Below, piece by piece: positions 55,901 to 64,000 of a DNA stretch of 64,000 nt (positions are counted from its first letter, which is position 1; each line of letters starts with the position of its first letter). The translations under genes and the position numbers were made by a program. Source of the DNA: an uncultured virus (IMG/VR IMGVR_UViG_3300002175_000051) (taxonomy: Duplodnaviria > Heunggongvirae > Uroviricota > Caudoviricetes); IMG/VR virus record IMGVR_UViG_3300002175_000051; one strand, written 5' to 3'. Below the pieces are notes generated by a model. It did no database searches, was not told where the DNA came from, and was given only the letters and a program-made list of their open reading frames with translations.

Positions 55901-56737
55901 GTGTTTATGTGCTGTTTTGACGGCATCCATGCGGTCGCTAAGAGCATCAGCAATACGGACTACCGTGTGCTGAGTATAAATGTGCCTCCCGATACGGCCC
56001 GCGTAGTAGTGGAAGACGGCAAGTGCAGAGCCGAAGGCATCGGGCAGCCGTTCCTAGACAAGGTTTCCGGTATCGCCGATGGGCTGTATGAAGTCAACGG
56101 GACAACTAACGGCAGTGTAAAGCTTATCGTGCCTGTAATGAAGAAGGCCAATAAGAAGGCCGCCGAGGGCGAGTACAACATCAAGGTATCCTGGAAAACA
56201 TCCGAGATTGCGGAAGGCGCCAAGGATTCCCGCTATGCCGTTACGCGTATGCAGGCCGAGGGAAGCGTGACAACCATCGCGCCGACAACCATGAATGGCA
56301 ATTTGAAGTATGTCCTCATGGTAAACGGCGAGTGGGTCGGTACAATATTCGACGCAGACAAAAACGTTTCCACTATGAGCGATATCGCCGCGCTTATCGG
56401 TAAAGAGCTTAAGTTTGTCTGCATCCCGGTATTCGGCAAAAGCAACACAGAATATTACACAAAGAAGGATGAAAATGGAAAGGAATTCAGGGTTTATCGC
56501 ACCGCAAACATCGTGACGTTCATTAATACCGGCAGGGATACCGGTTATGGCGTCATGGCTGAAACCGCTGGGGATAACATCCCTGGCGGTTCTTTTTTTA
56601 TGGACGATAATAATTCCAATTGGTATGCCGCCGATGAAGCCAATTACGAAGATATGGCCGCCGACATGGGCTATACGGTTGTCTTAACACAAGAAGAAAT
56701 AGACGGGCTTGAAGATCTGTCTGCTTATGACTTCTAG
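52970..56737 (+). CDS. Single-subunit RNA polymerase of the YonO/QDE-1 (RdRP-like, two-barrel) family
   Basis: DGMG, FQIRYGQVKG, MRTP (RTP 54641-54649), GADFDGD (DFDGD 54806-54820), VGLI.N and EIDSPKSG in RdRP-family order. Start moved to the GTG after AAAGGTG. Confidence 0.9.
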   Translation: MYQIEKRQPWSFVFDVFGKTILNDGTEVNNAFIYKNREGKDFVMVNPDVIELRPEHKRFYFENGRGYTRPSVVKTVKGGMSFGAYKCAEEIDGELWMQNVVQADASGGNDNNEDDVAMKNALCYSGLLFPVAAFEEIGVMPQGTFVKCKVEGREKLEKFAIYRVSDQTSSKNRLCKVDMSTLDFDDTAVTLTCNAKYLREEFQPVHKSISRKGLSGTNGTIIKGFDFTFARADDLEIEKEFTALTYYDSKDNEKFEGLYKGVMDTGTDEEKAMAKLQVFKQQMRKTVSANDGMGFMLPCTAKRLAKAMGLKRLPSMFQIRYGQVKGILVVFDFRSYTKNAVCEDVIFTGGMWKSDFDPTMAEFLVANISKQPTEFVSWNYQMITTLNNQLGPDHFTPYLERIKDLILNCTSSIENALAFLQIVPYVYTDENSIEIVEDEEENITTDKLREFILANPATALTVSWVVRSIMRRKETIEKNMLNGHVPMPGSIHIMACDPVEYFNNLRVKKYIDGDGKVTRKYTFNESDTPVMKEPDKEQGLKSGEFYLGGYAGHALAMRTPLTNWRQIRKLNCIQPAFTRKGKDGVVIDWYRFMNDLVVFNAYDSTALGMAGADFDGDFCFVTKIFVDDFKASDVIIYNDNPGAKGNNVALKYDVFVEQIRKNLVKSRVGLIINANTNVLGLLNDEEALTAYVKFSQYVINTPSWFHEGEKPQTPYNKFRNLRKLANDPVAYAAAVAEARAYFDLLSVILTTMSELEIDSPKSGYKPNFGPEHQIPFVTRWFADIKGKTEKKFDIAEDKDYEDRNGNRVSVRVQRFNHGSNVPLKTGGQRVGIVTDKEVGKKKLRKIDLMYETNDIMSHIHAFVANEIATIEPDYSCCYSLAESYKQSELVDINEYDRIKEEAAALESAYASDIRAIFSSRALSKEEMMGLRKEVIAEYTDKLAALSGDRYSLALAAYCVGEERLMRKGHNNQGINSFVFMCCFDGIHAVAKSISNTDYRVLSINVPPDTARVVVEDGKCRAEGIGQPFLDKVSGIADGLYEVNGTTNGSVKLIVPVMKKANKKAAEGEYNIKVSWKTSEIAEGAKDSRYAVTRMQAEGSVTTIAPTTMNGNLKYVLMVNGEWVGTIFDADKNVSTMSDIAALIGKELKFVCIPVFGKSNTEYYTKKDENGKEFRVYRTANIVTFINTGRDTGYGVMAETAGDNIPGGSFFMDDNNSNWYAADEANYEDMAADMGYTVVLTQEEIDGLEDLSAYDF

Positions 56738-56754
56738 GATCTGCGCTTTGCTAG

Positions 56755-56836
56755 GGCTTACGGGATCCCGTAAGCCTTCGGTATCATTCCTATCCTGTAC
56801 CTTCGGTATCATTCCTATTCCGTCCCTTCGGTGTAC
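56755..56836. repeat. 22-bp palindrome followed by direct repeats with a 25-nt period
   Basis: GGCTTACGGGATCCCGTAAGCC; CCTTCGGTATCATTCCTAT at 56775 and 56800, partial copy at 56825. Confidence 0.85.
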
Positions 56837-56905
56837 CCAGCCTAGATAGACGCGGCGGCAAAGCCGCCTTATGCGCGAAATAATAAAATCCAAAGGGGTG
56901 TCTAT

Positions 56906-57163
56906 ATGTACAAGGTTATAGGGAAGCACCGTTATTACGATGTCAGCGATGTTTTGGTTGACCGATACTTAAGTGAGAAAGACGCCACCCAGCTTGCCAA
57001 TGATATAAACGAGAGAATTTCACTCTGGGCTGAAGACGACCCGTATCATTACGTGGCCGTAGCAGACAACACGGACGAATGCTCTGGTGATTGCGCTGGT
57101 TGCGTGGACGGCGGTTTCTTAGGGGCCGCCGACGGCTCATGCGCCATTTACCGCAAAGATTAA
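56906..57163 (+). CDS. Small protein with CSGDCAGC cluster
   Basis: AGGGGTG ribosome binding site; terminator follows. Confidence 0.7.
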   Translation: MYKVIGKHRYYDVSDVLVDRYLSEKDATQLANDINERISLWAEDDPYHYVAVADNTDECSGDCAGCVDGGFLGAADGSCAIYRKD

Positions 57164-57167
57164 TACC

Positions 57168-57196
57168 GCCGGGGGTTTTATGCCCCGGCTTTTTTT
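57168..57196 (+). terminator. Intrinsic terminator
   Basis: GCCGGGG-loop-CCCCGGC followed by T7. Confidence 0.8.
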
Positions 57197-57234
57197 AAAA
57201 ATTAAATTTTGATCTAAAATATAGGGGGTTTATT

Positions 57235-57765
57235 ATGTTCAAGAATACTTGGAACGCGTTAAAAAGTGATTTATCCGGTATTAAAGATAGCGCTGGCCCT
57301 GCCATTACAAAAGCTAAAATCAGCGCTTTGCAAAAGACCTCGGATTTATTAGGTATGGCTTCCGAAAAACTGGACAATATCGCCTCCGGGGTCAAAGAGT
57401 TCAAATACAGCGTCCTGCAATTTGACTATAGCAAGCACGAGGATTTATTCTTTACGGTCATGTTCCTATGTGATTTAAACGTAATACAAAATGAGATGCT
57501 TAAGCGCACGTATGAAATCACTGCTACCGGATCCGTAAAGGCCGAGTCCGAAGAGGACGCGCTTGAAGTTATTTTCGCGAAAGAGAACGGCGCGCACGAA
57601 GAGTATAGCCGTAGCGAGACCTTGCTTCATTCGGTATCCGTCGGGGATCTCGTTTTAATGAATAGAAAGATATTTGTTTGCCGGCCTACCGGATGGGCGC
57701 GCATCGATGCTGAGGCCCACCAGGAGAGCATCCTTAATAGGAGGGTTATGTATACCGGCAGTTAA
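57235..57765 (+). CDS. YodL-like domain protein
   Basis: HSVSVGDLVL....FVC..TGW resembles the YodL HSLSVSDVV motif. Confidence 0.55.
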   Translation: MFKNTWNALKSDLSGIKDSAGPAITKAKISALQKTSDLLGMASEKLDNIASGVKEFKYSVLQFDYSKHEDLFFTVMFLCDLNVIQNEMLKRTYEITATGSVKAESEEDALEVIFAKENGAHEEYSRSETLLHSVSVGDLVLMNRKIFVCRPTGWARIDAEAHQESILNRRVMYTGS

Positions 57766-57842
57766 TTTTAATTAAAACCTTACGGCTTCGCTGAATTTAT
57801 GGCGAAGCCATTTTATTTTTGAATGTGAGGGGTGTCCCGGTT

Positions 57843-57986
57843 ATGGACTGTAAAGGCATTTTCTGCGAGATGTGTTTCGAATGCAAAAGTTATGTTGTCA
57901 CTGACACGGAAGATGTAATCTGCACGCTCTGGAACCCGGAAAATCCGGAGGCGGATTATTTAATCATTAAAACTAAAAGCGCATAG
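57843..57986 (+). CDS. 47-aa Cys-rich small protein (below ORF-track cutoff)
   Basis: GAGGGGTG ribosome binding site; MDCKGIFCEMCFEC... Confidence 0.5.
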   Translation: MDCKGIFCEMCFECKSYVVTDTEDVICTLWNPENPEADYLIIKTKSA

Positions 57987-57996
57987 GGGGTTTATT

Positions 57997-58194
57997 ATGA
58001 AGATATTAAAGGCGTGTATTACAATGGCCTTTTGGGCTACAGGCATGTGTTTTACCGTGAACGGGTATAAGAATTATTACAGTGGGGACACAGAGGCCGC
58101 CAACTCCAATTTTAAAAAATCATATTTCTTCCATGTGCCGGCCATCATTTTAGGCTGTGCCGGATGGAACGTTAAAAATGCATTAGCGAAATAA
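57997..58194 (+). CDS. Small membrane protein
   Basis: TAGGGGGTTTATT leader identical to that of 57235; two hydrophobic segments. Confidence 0.6.
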   Translation: MKILKACITMAFWATGMCFTVNGYKNYYSGDTEAANSNFKKSYFFHVPAIILGCAGWNVKNALAK

Positions 58195-58302
58195 TTTATT
58201 TACATTACCTATGAGACAGATGCCCGCGCTGCCGATACCGGACAATCATCCGGGCCGGCGCGGGCATATATTTTTTATTTCCCCTGCGGGGCTTATTAGG
58301 GG

Positions 58303-58380
58303 TATCTGATCGACGTGGGCATATCTGATCGACGTGGGCTTTTTATTGCCAGATCGGCCTGGCCCTCTAATCGACGTAGC
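58303..58380. repeat. Direct repeats upstream of a toxin-antitoxin module
   Basis: TATCTGATCGACGTGGGC at 58303 and 58322, degenerate copy at 58366. Confidence 0.8.
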
Positions 58381-58423
58381 CGGAGTATATTAATAATCCG
58401 TATTGGATTATTAAATTCCGGAG

Positions 58424-58765
58424 ATGATCGGTTTGATAATAAAGCCCAGCAGCGATTTAAGGAAGAATTACAATAGCGTAGCGCAGGTAGCCATAGAGAC
58501 AGGCGAACCCATATTTTTGACCCTAAACGGCGAGGGCCACACGGTACTTCAAAGCGTCACGGCCTTTAATAAACGCGATGAAAATTTAAAGATAGCGGAA
58601 CAATTAATAGCCGCGGAACGCGGCCGCGCAGCGGCCGCCATATTTAATGGACCAGAAAACTGTGTCCGCTATGGACACAGTATCCCGGATTTTGAGCGTG
58701 CGGTAAAATCCGGGATAGAGGGGGAGGGGCTGCCGGAATATGATCAGCTTTCTCTTGACGATTGA
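58424..58765 (+). CDS. Phd/YefM-family antitoxin
   Basis: IKPSSDLRKNY....ETGEPIFLTLNG. Confidence 0.85.
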   Translation: MIGLIIKPSSDLRKNYNSVAQVAIETGEPIFLTLNGEGHTVLQSVTAFNKRDENLKIAEQLIAAERGRAAAAIFNGPENCVRYGHSIPDFERAVKSGIEGEGLPEYDQLSLDD

Positions 58766-59057
58766 CCCTAATGTAACGGAGTCCATGGTTACGCATTTCA
58801 AAAAGGTCGCGGGCAAAAATAAGGCGGCCGCATTAAACCTATTGGCAGAGTTAATATCGGATCTAAATTTAATTCTAAACAACCCGTTCGACCGGCCGCC
58901 ATATAACGGCCCGTACATACCCATAGGCAAATACGCGTACGTACTATCAAATAAATCGGCGCGCTACAAAATTATTTATCAAGTAGAAAAAAATAATGCC
59001 GAAGGCGCGTTCCGCATATATGTTGACTGCATATTGGACACGCTGTATATAAAATAA
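58740..59057 (+). CDS. RelE/ParE-like toxin
   Basis: Overlaps the antitoxin gene; NPF..RYKIIYQVE..IYVDCILD. Confidence 0.7.
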   Translation: MISFLLTIDPNVTESMVTHFKKVAGKNKAAALNLLAELISDLNLILNNPFDRPPYNGPYIPIGKYAYVLSNKSARYKIIYQVEKNNAEGAFRIYVDCILDTLYIK

Positions 59058-59724
59058 TGTATGTGGATCTACCATATGCGTGTATACCCCCTTCCCTTTA
59101 GTGCAATGCCCGGCCGGCTGATCCTACTTCCCGGCCGGGCATTCCCTATTTTAGCATACCCTCCAAATGGGCTGAAAATAGCGATCTCGGTATTTTGCCC
59201 GAAATGCTTGATAAACGCTTGGTTTGCCCATACAAACGGTTCAAAACCGTGCGCAAATGGCAGGAATGTTTATGGTTTTGGCGGGTTATATGCGCAAAAG
59301 CCGCGAAATCTTCGCGGCGGGGCGATGGCAGTCCCGTTGTCTCTTTTATGCCCTATTTTTAGCATTTCCGGTTATTCCGATTGACCTTCGGGGAAATTTA
59401 ATTTATTATAGACCTAGTTTACCTAATGATAACGGTTACTGTTTTATTATACGTAATTCCCTTATTTCCCGTGGTTTATATGGTTATAGTTTTTCTTTCT
59501 TAATGCTTTTCGATAAATTTTCATTTACAGGATATACGGTTTTATTTATGTGTGTTTTTGGTATTTTATCCTTTAAGGTTTATAAATATTGATTTATAGA
59601 CCTTTTTTATTAAAAATTTATTTAATCAAACTACATAGTATAGTGTGTATTCTTTGATTTGCTTAGAGCTTACAGTGAAATATGCGTTTGGCTTCAATTT
59701 ATATTTTCGTTGGGGAGGTTTTAC

Positions 59725-60441
59725 GTGAGCAATTCTAATCAGGATGTCAATTCTTTATTTACCGGGCTGCCTCCTGGGTATAGTTATAGGCTTGACAAGA
59801 CGTTTACGTATAGCAATGGGTATGCCTCCTACCGTGTCATATTAATAACGCCTGAGGGCAAGGAAATCCCTCTTGTTGGCGAGAACGACAGCCCAATAAG
59901 TTTTCCGAATGCTCCGGGCAGTGTTTATTCGTTGAGAAGTGTTTGTGATACGTTAATCAAAATGGAAATAGGGTCAGGCGAAGCGTATTATTATCATGTC
60001 CACGGATACGGGGAGCGTACCGGAGAGTATCTCAACGCCTGTAAAGAAGATCTATTATTGAGCGATATAACCGTTACCGGAGACTTGTCTGATTTTAATG
60101 ACGGATGGACTCAAATAGACGGCGGGTTTAACCAAAACGAAATATTTATTAAGCCTGAAAGCCCGTTCCATTATATCGCGGCCTTTCAGGTAAGGGCGGA
60201 TAATGATACAACATTAGAATATCGTTATACGTTTAACAAACGTCCGACTATTGATAATGTAATGACCGCGCAGTTAATCTATAATATCCAGAAGGATTTC
60301 AGGCTGGGCAAATATACCGAGAGTTATTTTTGCTGGGAGTGCGGAAATAAGGTAATGAATTGGATCGACACAGACGGCGGGCTGAGGGAGAAATGGGACT
60401 GCCTGAAAGAGAAATACTGCGGGTGTAAAAAGTATGTTTGA
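59725..60441 (+). CDS. Hypothetical protein with C-terminal CWEC/CGC
   Basis: GGAGG ribosome binding site before the GTG at 59725. Confidence 0.65.
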   Translation: MSNSNQDVNSLFTGLPPGYSYRLDKTFTYSNGYASYRVILITPEGKEIPLVGENDSPISFPNAPGSVYSLRSVCDTLIKMEIGSGEAYYYHVHGYGERTGEYLNACKEDLLLSDITVTGDLSDFNDGWTQIDGGFNQNEIFIKPESPFHYIAAFQVRADNDTTLEYRYTFNKRPTIDNVMTAQLIYNIQKDFRLGKYTESYFCWECGNKVMNWIDTDGGLREKWDCLKEKYCGCKKYV

Positions 60442-60444
60442 TTA

Positions 60445-61189
60445 GGATGCGTTATGTTACATAAAGGGATTGAACAATACGTTATATTTCCTTAACGTGC
60501 GAACAATCTTTCTTTATTGAGTAAAATTCTCCTTAACGTGCGTTATCCGCGTTTTGCTGGCGGTAACTCAATATAAAAAACTCGAAAAAAGCTTAAACGA
60601 AAGCAAAGGAGTCCAATCTGAAATATGAGATCAAAAAATAAAAGAAAGGAGGGGCTAACTAAAAGGTCTGCCTGTATAGAAAAGAATGTACTTAGAGTGC
60701 AGAAATTTATATGACGCACTTTCAAGGTATAGACAGGAATAGCCAGGTATCTGGCATGATTAAGGATAATGATCTGTCTAAAGCAATTGCCGGCCAGGGC
60801 TTCTATTATTTCCGTAAATGGCTTGTATCTTGAATTCCCGTTTAACATAACGGGGATCAACTAAAAACCTTCAGGGATCGAACTAAGTATGGCCAACTGG
60901 TTCTATCCGAGCTGTAGAGCCTGCTGCATATGGAAAGATAAAAACTGTTCTCAGGCTAAAATATAGGGGTATGTCTGTGATTGTGGTAATCCGATAGATA
61001 GGGATTTAAACGCTGCCATCAACCTTGACAGATGCAGCTAATATAAAATAATTAAGCGAATGTACCGTAGGGTAATACGTGGAAACCTGGGGGCGCTAAC
61101 TTATACTAAAGCAGCCATAGCAAAATCGGGTACGTTGAACCAGGTATACTCTAAATACATATTCTATATGTATTAGTTAGCAGAACAGG
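60445..61189 (+). pseudogene. tnpB: Decayed tnpB element (IS607-like right end)
   Basis: Frameshifted fragments KKLEK/KLKRKQR, WFYPS and CDCGNPIDRDLNAAINL, followed by an omega-RNA-like tail ending in GG. Boundaries are approximate. Confidence 0.7.
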
Positions 61190-61516
61190 ATGCCGAATAA
61201 CAGAAGGCCAGAAGTAGTACGCGAAGACAAGGCTATGGATATAGCTAAATTAATAGACAGGGCCATGTTTGAAATTATAAAAGCTGAAATGACCGCCGAA
61301 GAGCTTGAGGGTAAATTCGATTCCGTATTGGGCGATTACCGGGGGCTCCCGACTGACGGAATTAAAAAAGCATTCATAGGCTTATGCAATTACATAAATC
61401 ATTTCCGCCCGTGCCCGGAATGCTTTAAATGCGAACATTACAACAATGCGGACAATATTTGCCTTCTTGAGAAAGCGGGGTGCCTAGACAGGGCAGTTCA
61501 TGCAGGCATACTGTAA
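61190..61516 (+). CDS. Hypothetical Cys-rich protein
   Basis: CPECFKC..C; start uncertain. Confidence 0.55.
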   Translation: MPNNRRPEVVREDKAMDIAKLIDRAMFEIIKAEMTAEELEGKFDSVLGDYRGLPTDGIKKAFIGLCNYINHFRPCPECFKCEHYNNADNICLLEKAGCLDRAVHAGIL

Positions 61517-61659
61517 ATGAAACGGAAATGCCATTAATTTCCTCGAAATATTGTTTGACTAATTTTTAATATGGTTTTATAATGGATTTAATCATAATCA
61601 ATATCATTTTGCCGAAGGCTTTTTATATGCCTCCGGTATTTTTTTTGATATAGTGGTAC

Positions 61660-63147
61660 ATGCGTAATTTACATAAGAGAGATGGGTTTTTTAAAATGAT
61701 GATTGAAGGCTCTGTATCAACAACCGACATGATATATTTCGTAGCGGAGGCAATGGCCCTTGACCCCTCGCACCTTAAAGAGCTTGACGACCTTTACCAG
61801 ATGAACAAGCTTTTATTTAATAAAGCCGCAATGACTTCTAAATATTACGACAGTTTCATAATAAAGCAAAATTCAATCGTAAAAATGGAGTATACCCGGA
61901 AAGCGCTGGGCATCCTTACGTATACGATGGATCATGCGGGGGAGCCTTGCGAATATTACCAGAACCTAATTGAATTTATTAAAAAATCCTACCCGTACGC
62001 ATTCCAATACGTAAAAAATACCGAACAGGTAAGCTTTGACGATTTTATTTTCCGCTTTGTAAAAAAGAAAAAGGGTATAGGGAACGTATCGGACGACGAG
62101 CTTAACAGCACGCTCGTGATGCTCGTGTACCTATGCAAGTGCTTCGAGAAAGATATCCCCAATGACTTTACGTTATGCACGCTTATGGAAGACTATGTGA
62201 TGTCAAGGATTGAGCTGTGCGGCGAGGGGGTAAACAGCGCCCTGCATTCCGACGCCCTTAACAAGGTCGCAAGGATCATAATTAAAAAGTATTGTGAGGG
62301 CTATTCTGTTGACGGGATAAACAACGGGGAGTTTTTGCGCGAGCTGGGCGATGACCATACCAGAAGGTTTTTTGTCCTATTCGATTTTATACCAATTGAC
62401 ATAGTTTCCCTTATAGAGTCAACGTCATACGACAAAGACATTTTAATGAACATCGTAAAAGGCTATATCTGCTATAAAGAGATAGACGGCAATGAAAAAA
62501 TAGACGGCATAGACGTGCGCGACCTCCGTGAGTACATTGTGTACGGGGCCCTTTACTATAAGCTCGCCCAGGCATACGGCGAGGTACGCGACTATTATTT
62601 CAAGAACAATAAAGAGACGCTGCTGCTTGAGATTGAAAACGTAAAAAAAGGCATAGCCGAAATAGAATTAAAATACAAGAATTTAAACGGCGCCAAGAAG
62701 GACACGGAAGCTAGGCTTATTGAGGCGGAGCGCGTAAACAAGAGGCTCCGCAAAGAGGTAATGGAGCTTAAAAGGAACCAGACGGACTTGGCCGGCCTCC
62801 GGAAGCTCGCCTTCTCATTGAAGTCAGACGAAATAGTCGAGCCGAACGAACCTGTGCGCTTTGATTCCCTCAAAGGCGTCAAGGCCGTCATAGTTGGCGG
62901 CCAGGATAGCTGGCAAGCGAAGATGAAAGAGCATCTGCCGGACTGCGTATTTATCGGGATAGGCGCGGAAAAATTTGACGTGCGGCTGCTTAGCGGCTGC
63001 CGGGACATATTTTTAAACACCAGGCACATGACCCATAAATTATACTATAGGGTCATCGAGAACCTGGACAAGGGCGCCCGCGTACATTATTTCAGCCGGG
63101 ACAATATTCATTTGTGTTTGATAGATATAGCGAACTCAAAAAGCTAG
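61660..63147 (+). CDS. Coiled-coil protein with DUF2325-like C-terminal domain
   Basis: VIVGG..W..KMK..LP..IFLNT..MTH.LYY. Confidence 0.7.
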   Translation: MRNLHKRDGFFKMMIEGSVSTTDMIYFVAEAMALDPSHLKELDDLYQMNKLLFNKAAMTSKYYDSFIIKQNSIVKMEYTRKALGILTYTMDHAGEPCEYYQNLIEFIKKSYPYAFQYVKNTEQVSFDDFIFRFVKKKKGIGNVSDDELNSTLVMLVYLCKCFEKDIPNDFTLCTLMEDYVMSRIELCGEGVNSALHSDALNKVARIIIKKYCEGYSVDGINNGEFLRELGDDHTRRFFVLFDFIPIDIVSLIESTSYDKDILMNIVKGYICYKEIDGNEKIDGIDVRDLREYIVYGALYYKLAQAYGEVRDYYFKNNKETLLLEIENVKKGIAEIELKYKNLNGAKKDTEARLIEAERVNKRLRKEVMELKRNQTDLAGLRKLAFSLKSDEIVEPNEPVRFDSLKGVKAVIVGGQDSWQAKMKEHLPDCVFIGIGAEKFDVRLLSGCRDIFLNTRHMTHKLYYRVIENLDKGARVHYFSRDNIHLCLIDIANSKS

Positions 63148-63200
63148 TATGAGTTTGCTTCCGTTAAATTTTTATGATATCCTAGTGAAGGAGGCCGTTT

Positions 63201-63515
63201 ATGAGAGATTATAAAGACTATAAATACACTTGGGATCCTGATAAAAATAGGAAAAATATTGATAGACATAGAGTCTCATTCTCAGAAGCAAAGACTGCGT
63301 TCTTCGACAAAAATGTTGTTACAATTAAAGATTTAACGCATTCAACACATGATGAAGATAGATTGTTAATAATTGGCAACAGCAGGAAATCTCAAATTTT
63401 GTTAGTTTGCTTTTGTATTAGATATGAAGATACAATAAGAATATTTTCCGCAAGGGTAGCAGGGCCGGATTGGGTACAAGTATATGAGAACGGAGGTCTT
63501 GATCTATATGAGTAA
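63201..63515 (+). CDS. brnT: BrnT-family toxin
   Basis: WDPDKNRKNIDRHRVSFSEA..F.D..H...EDR..IG..IRIFSAR. Confidence 0.88.
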   Translation: MRDYKDYKYTWDPDKNRKNIDRHRVSFSEAKTAFFDKNVVTIKDLTHSTHDEDRLLIIGNSRKSQILLVCFCIRYEDTIRIFSARVAGPDWVQVYENGGLDLYE

Positions 63516-63768
63516 TTCACAATTAGATTATCAAAGGAAATATATTACAAAAGAAGAGGTCAAGCATTTTGGGGACGAAAAAATATTTGCAGTAACCAGA
63601 TACTATGATTTAACAAAAGAAACTGAAGAAGACGAGCTTCGGGATATTATTGAATATGATGTTGATGTTATAAGGGAACTGCTCTTTAATAAATTCAAAG
63701 ACATACCGCGTGGGGAGCAATATAATAAAAAGATGAACGAAATTTTTAACTATCTAAAAATATGTTGA
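63508..63768 (+). CDS. Hypothetical protein between toxin and antitoxin
   Basis: GGAGG ribosome binding site inside brnT; overlaps both neighbours. Confidence 0.6.
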   Translation: MSNSQLDYQRKYITKEEVKHFGDEKIFAVTRYYDLTKETEEDELRDIIEYDVDVIRELLFNKFKDIPRGEQYNKKMNEIFNYLKIC

Positions 63769-63971
63769 TTCGTGAATTAACCGAGGAAGATTTTGCCCGC
63801 GGGGTTAAAAACCCATATTTTGATAAGCTTATGACAAAAATAGAAATAGCCTTAAGAAATGAAGACTACGCTACATTTTGCGAAACAGCGGAAATTAACG
63901 GCGTCCCGGTAGATATCGTTATACGCAACTGTTTGGCTGATTTGGCAAAAAAGTTTCGGGAAAATGAGTAA
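63762..63971 (+). CDS. BrnA-like antitoxin
   Basis: DFARGVKNPY..KIEIAL..F...A...GVP...IRNCL, a ribbon-helix-helix-like pattern. Confidence 0.65.
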   Translation: MLIRELTEEDFARGVKNPYFDKLMTKIEIALRNEDYATFCETAEINGVPVDIVIRNCLADLAKKFRENE

Positions 63972-64000
63972 AATTATAAAAAGATGAACCGCCCTCTTTT

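Noticed and set aside
52970..56737. True RNA-dependent RNA polymerase
   Set aside because: The characterised phage member of this family, YonO, is DNA-dependent, and nothing here indicates an RNA template.
56775..56836. Possible CRISPR mini-array
   Set aside because: The 25-nt period leaves spacers of only ~6 nt, and no cas operon is present.
59061..59592. ORFs 59061-59384 and 59224-59592
   Set aside because: No clear ribosome binding site, atypical composition and mutual overlap; probably non-coding.
1..64000. Stop-codon reassignment
   Set aside because: Very long ORFs are open in the standard code, and TAA, TAG and TGA all end genes.
1..64000. tRNA/rRNA genes, integrase, reverse transcriptase or diversity-generating retroelement
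   Set aside because: None recognised by eye; a tRNA scan was not possible.

Overview
The window is part of a large myovirus-type phage or prophage genome, probably infecting a Firmicute (Firmicute-style AGGAGG/AGGAGTG ribosome binding sites). From ~51.6 kb leftward a minus-strand virion operon runs in this order: small Gly/Ala-rich proteins, terminase large subunit, portal, prohead protease, decoration protein, major capsid, neck proteins, two sheath paralogs, three tube paralogs, two tail chaperones, two giant proteins (2415 and 2748 aa), and a baseplate-hub-like gene cut by the left edge. From ~52 kb rightward a plus-strand region holds a YonO/QDE-1-type single-subunit RNA polymerase, small genes, two toxin-antitoxin modules and a decayed tnpB. 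The main hypothesis is a two-polymerase system. The 2748-aa protein in the tape-measure zone has an N-terminal DEDDh exonuclease and beta/beta'-like catalytic motifs (RRP...IEG...GDVDGD), so it is a candidate virion-delivered single-chain RNA polymerase. Its neighbour is an intein-containing PD-(D/E)XK/SNase protein. Other observations: a dispersed palindrome GGACGATTGTCC inside genes in all three frames, a TnpB element apparently inserted between a ribosome binding site and its start codon, an Acb2/Tad1-like small protein, and two antisense genes that appear to need ATT/ATA starts. All calls come from motif reading and gene order only; no database searches were run.
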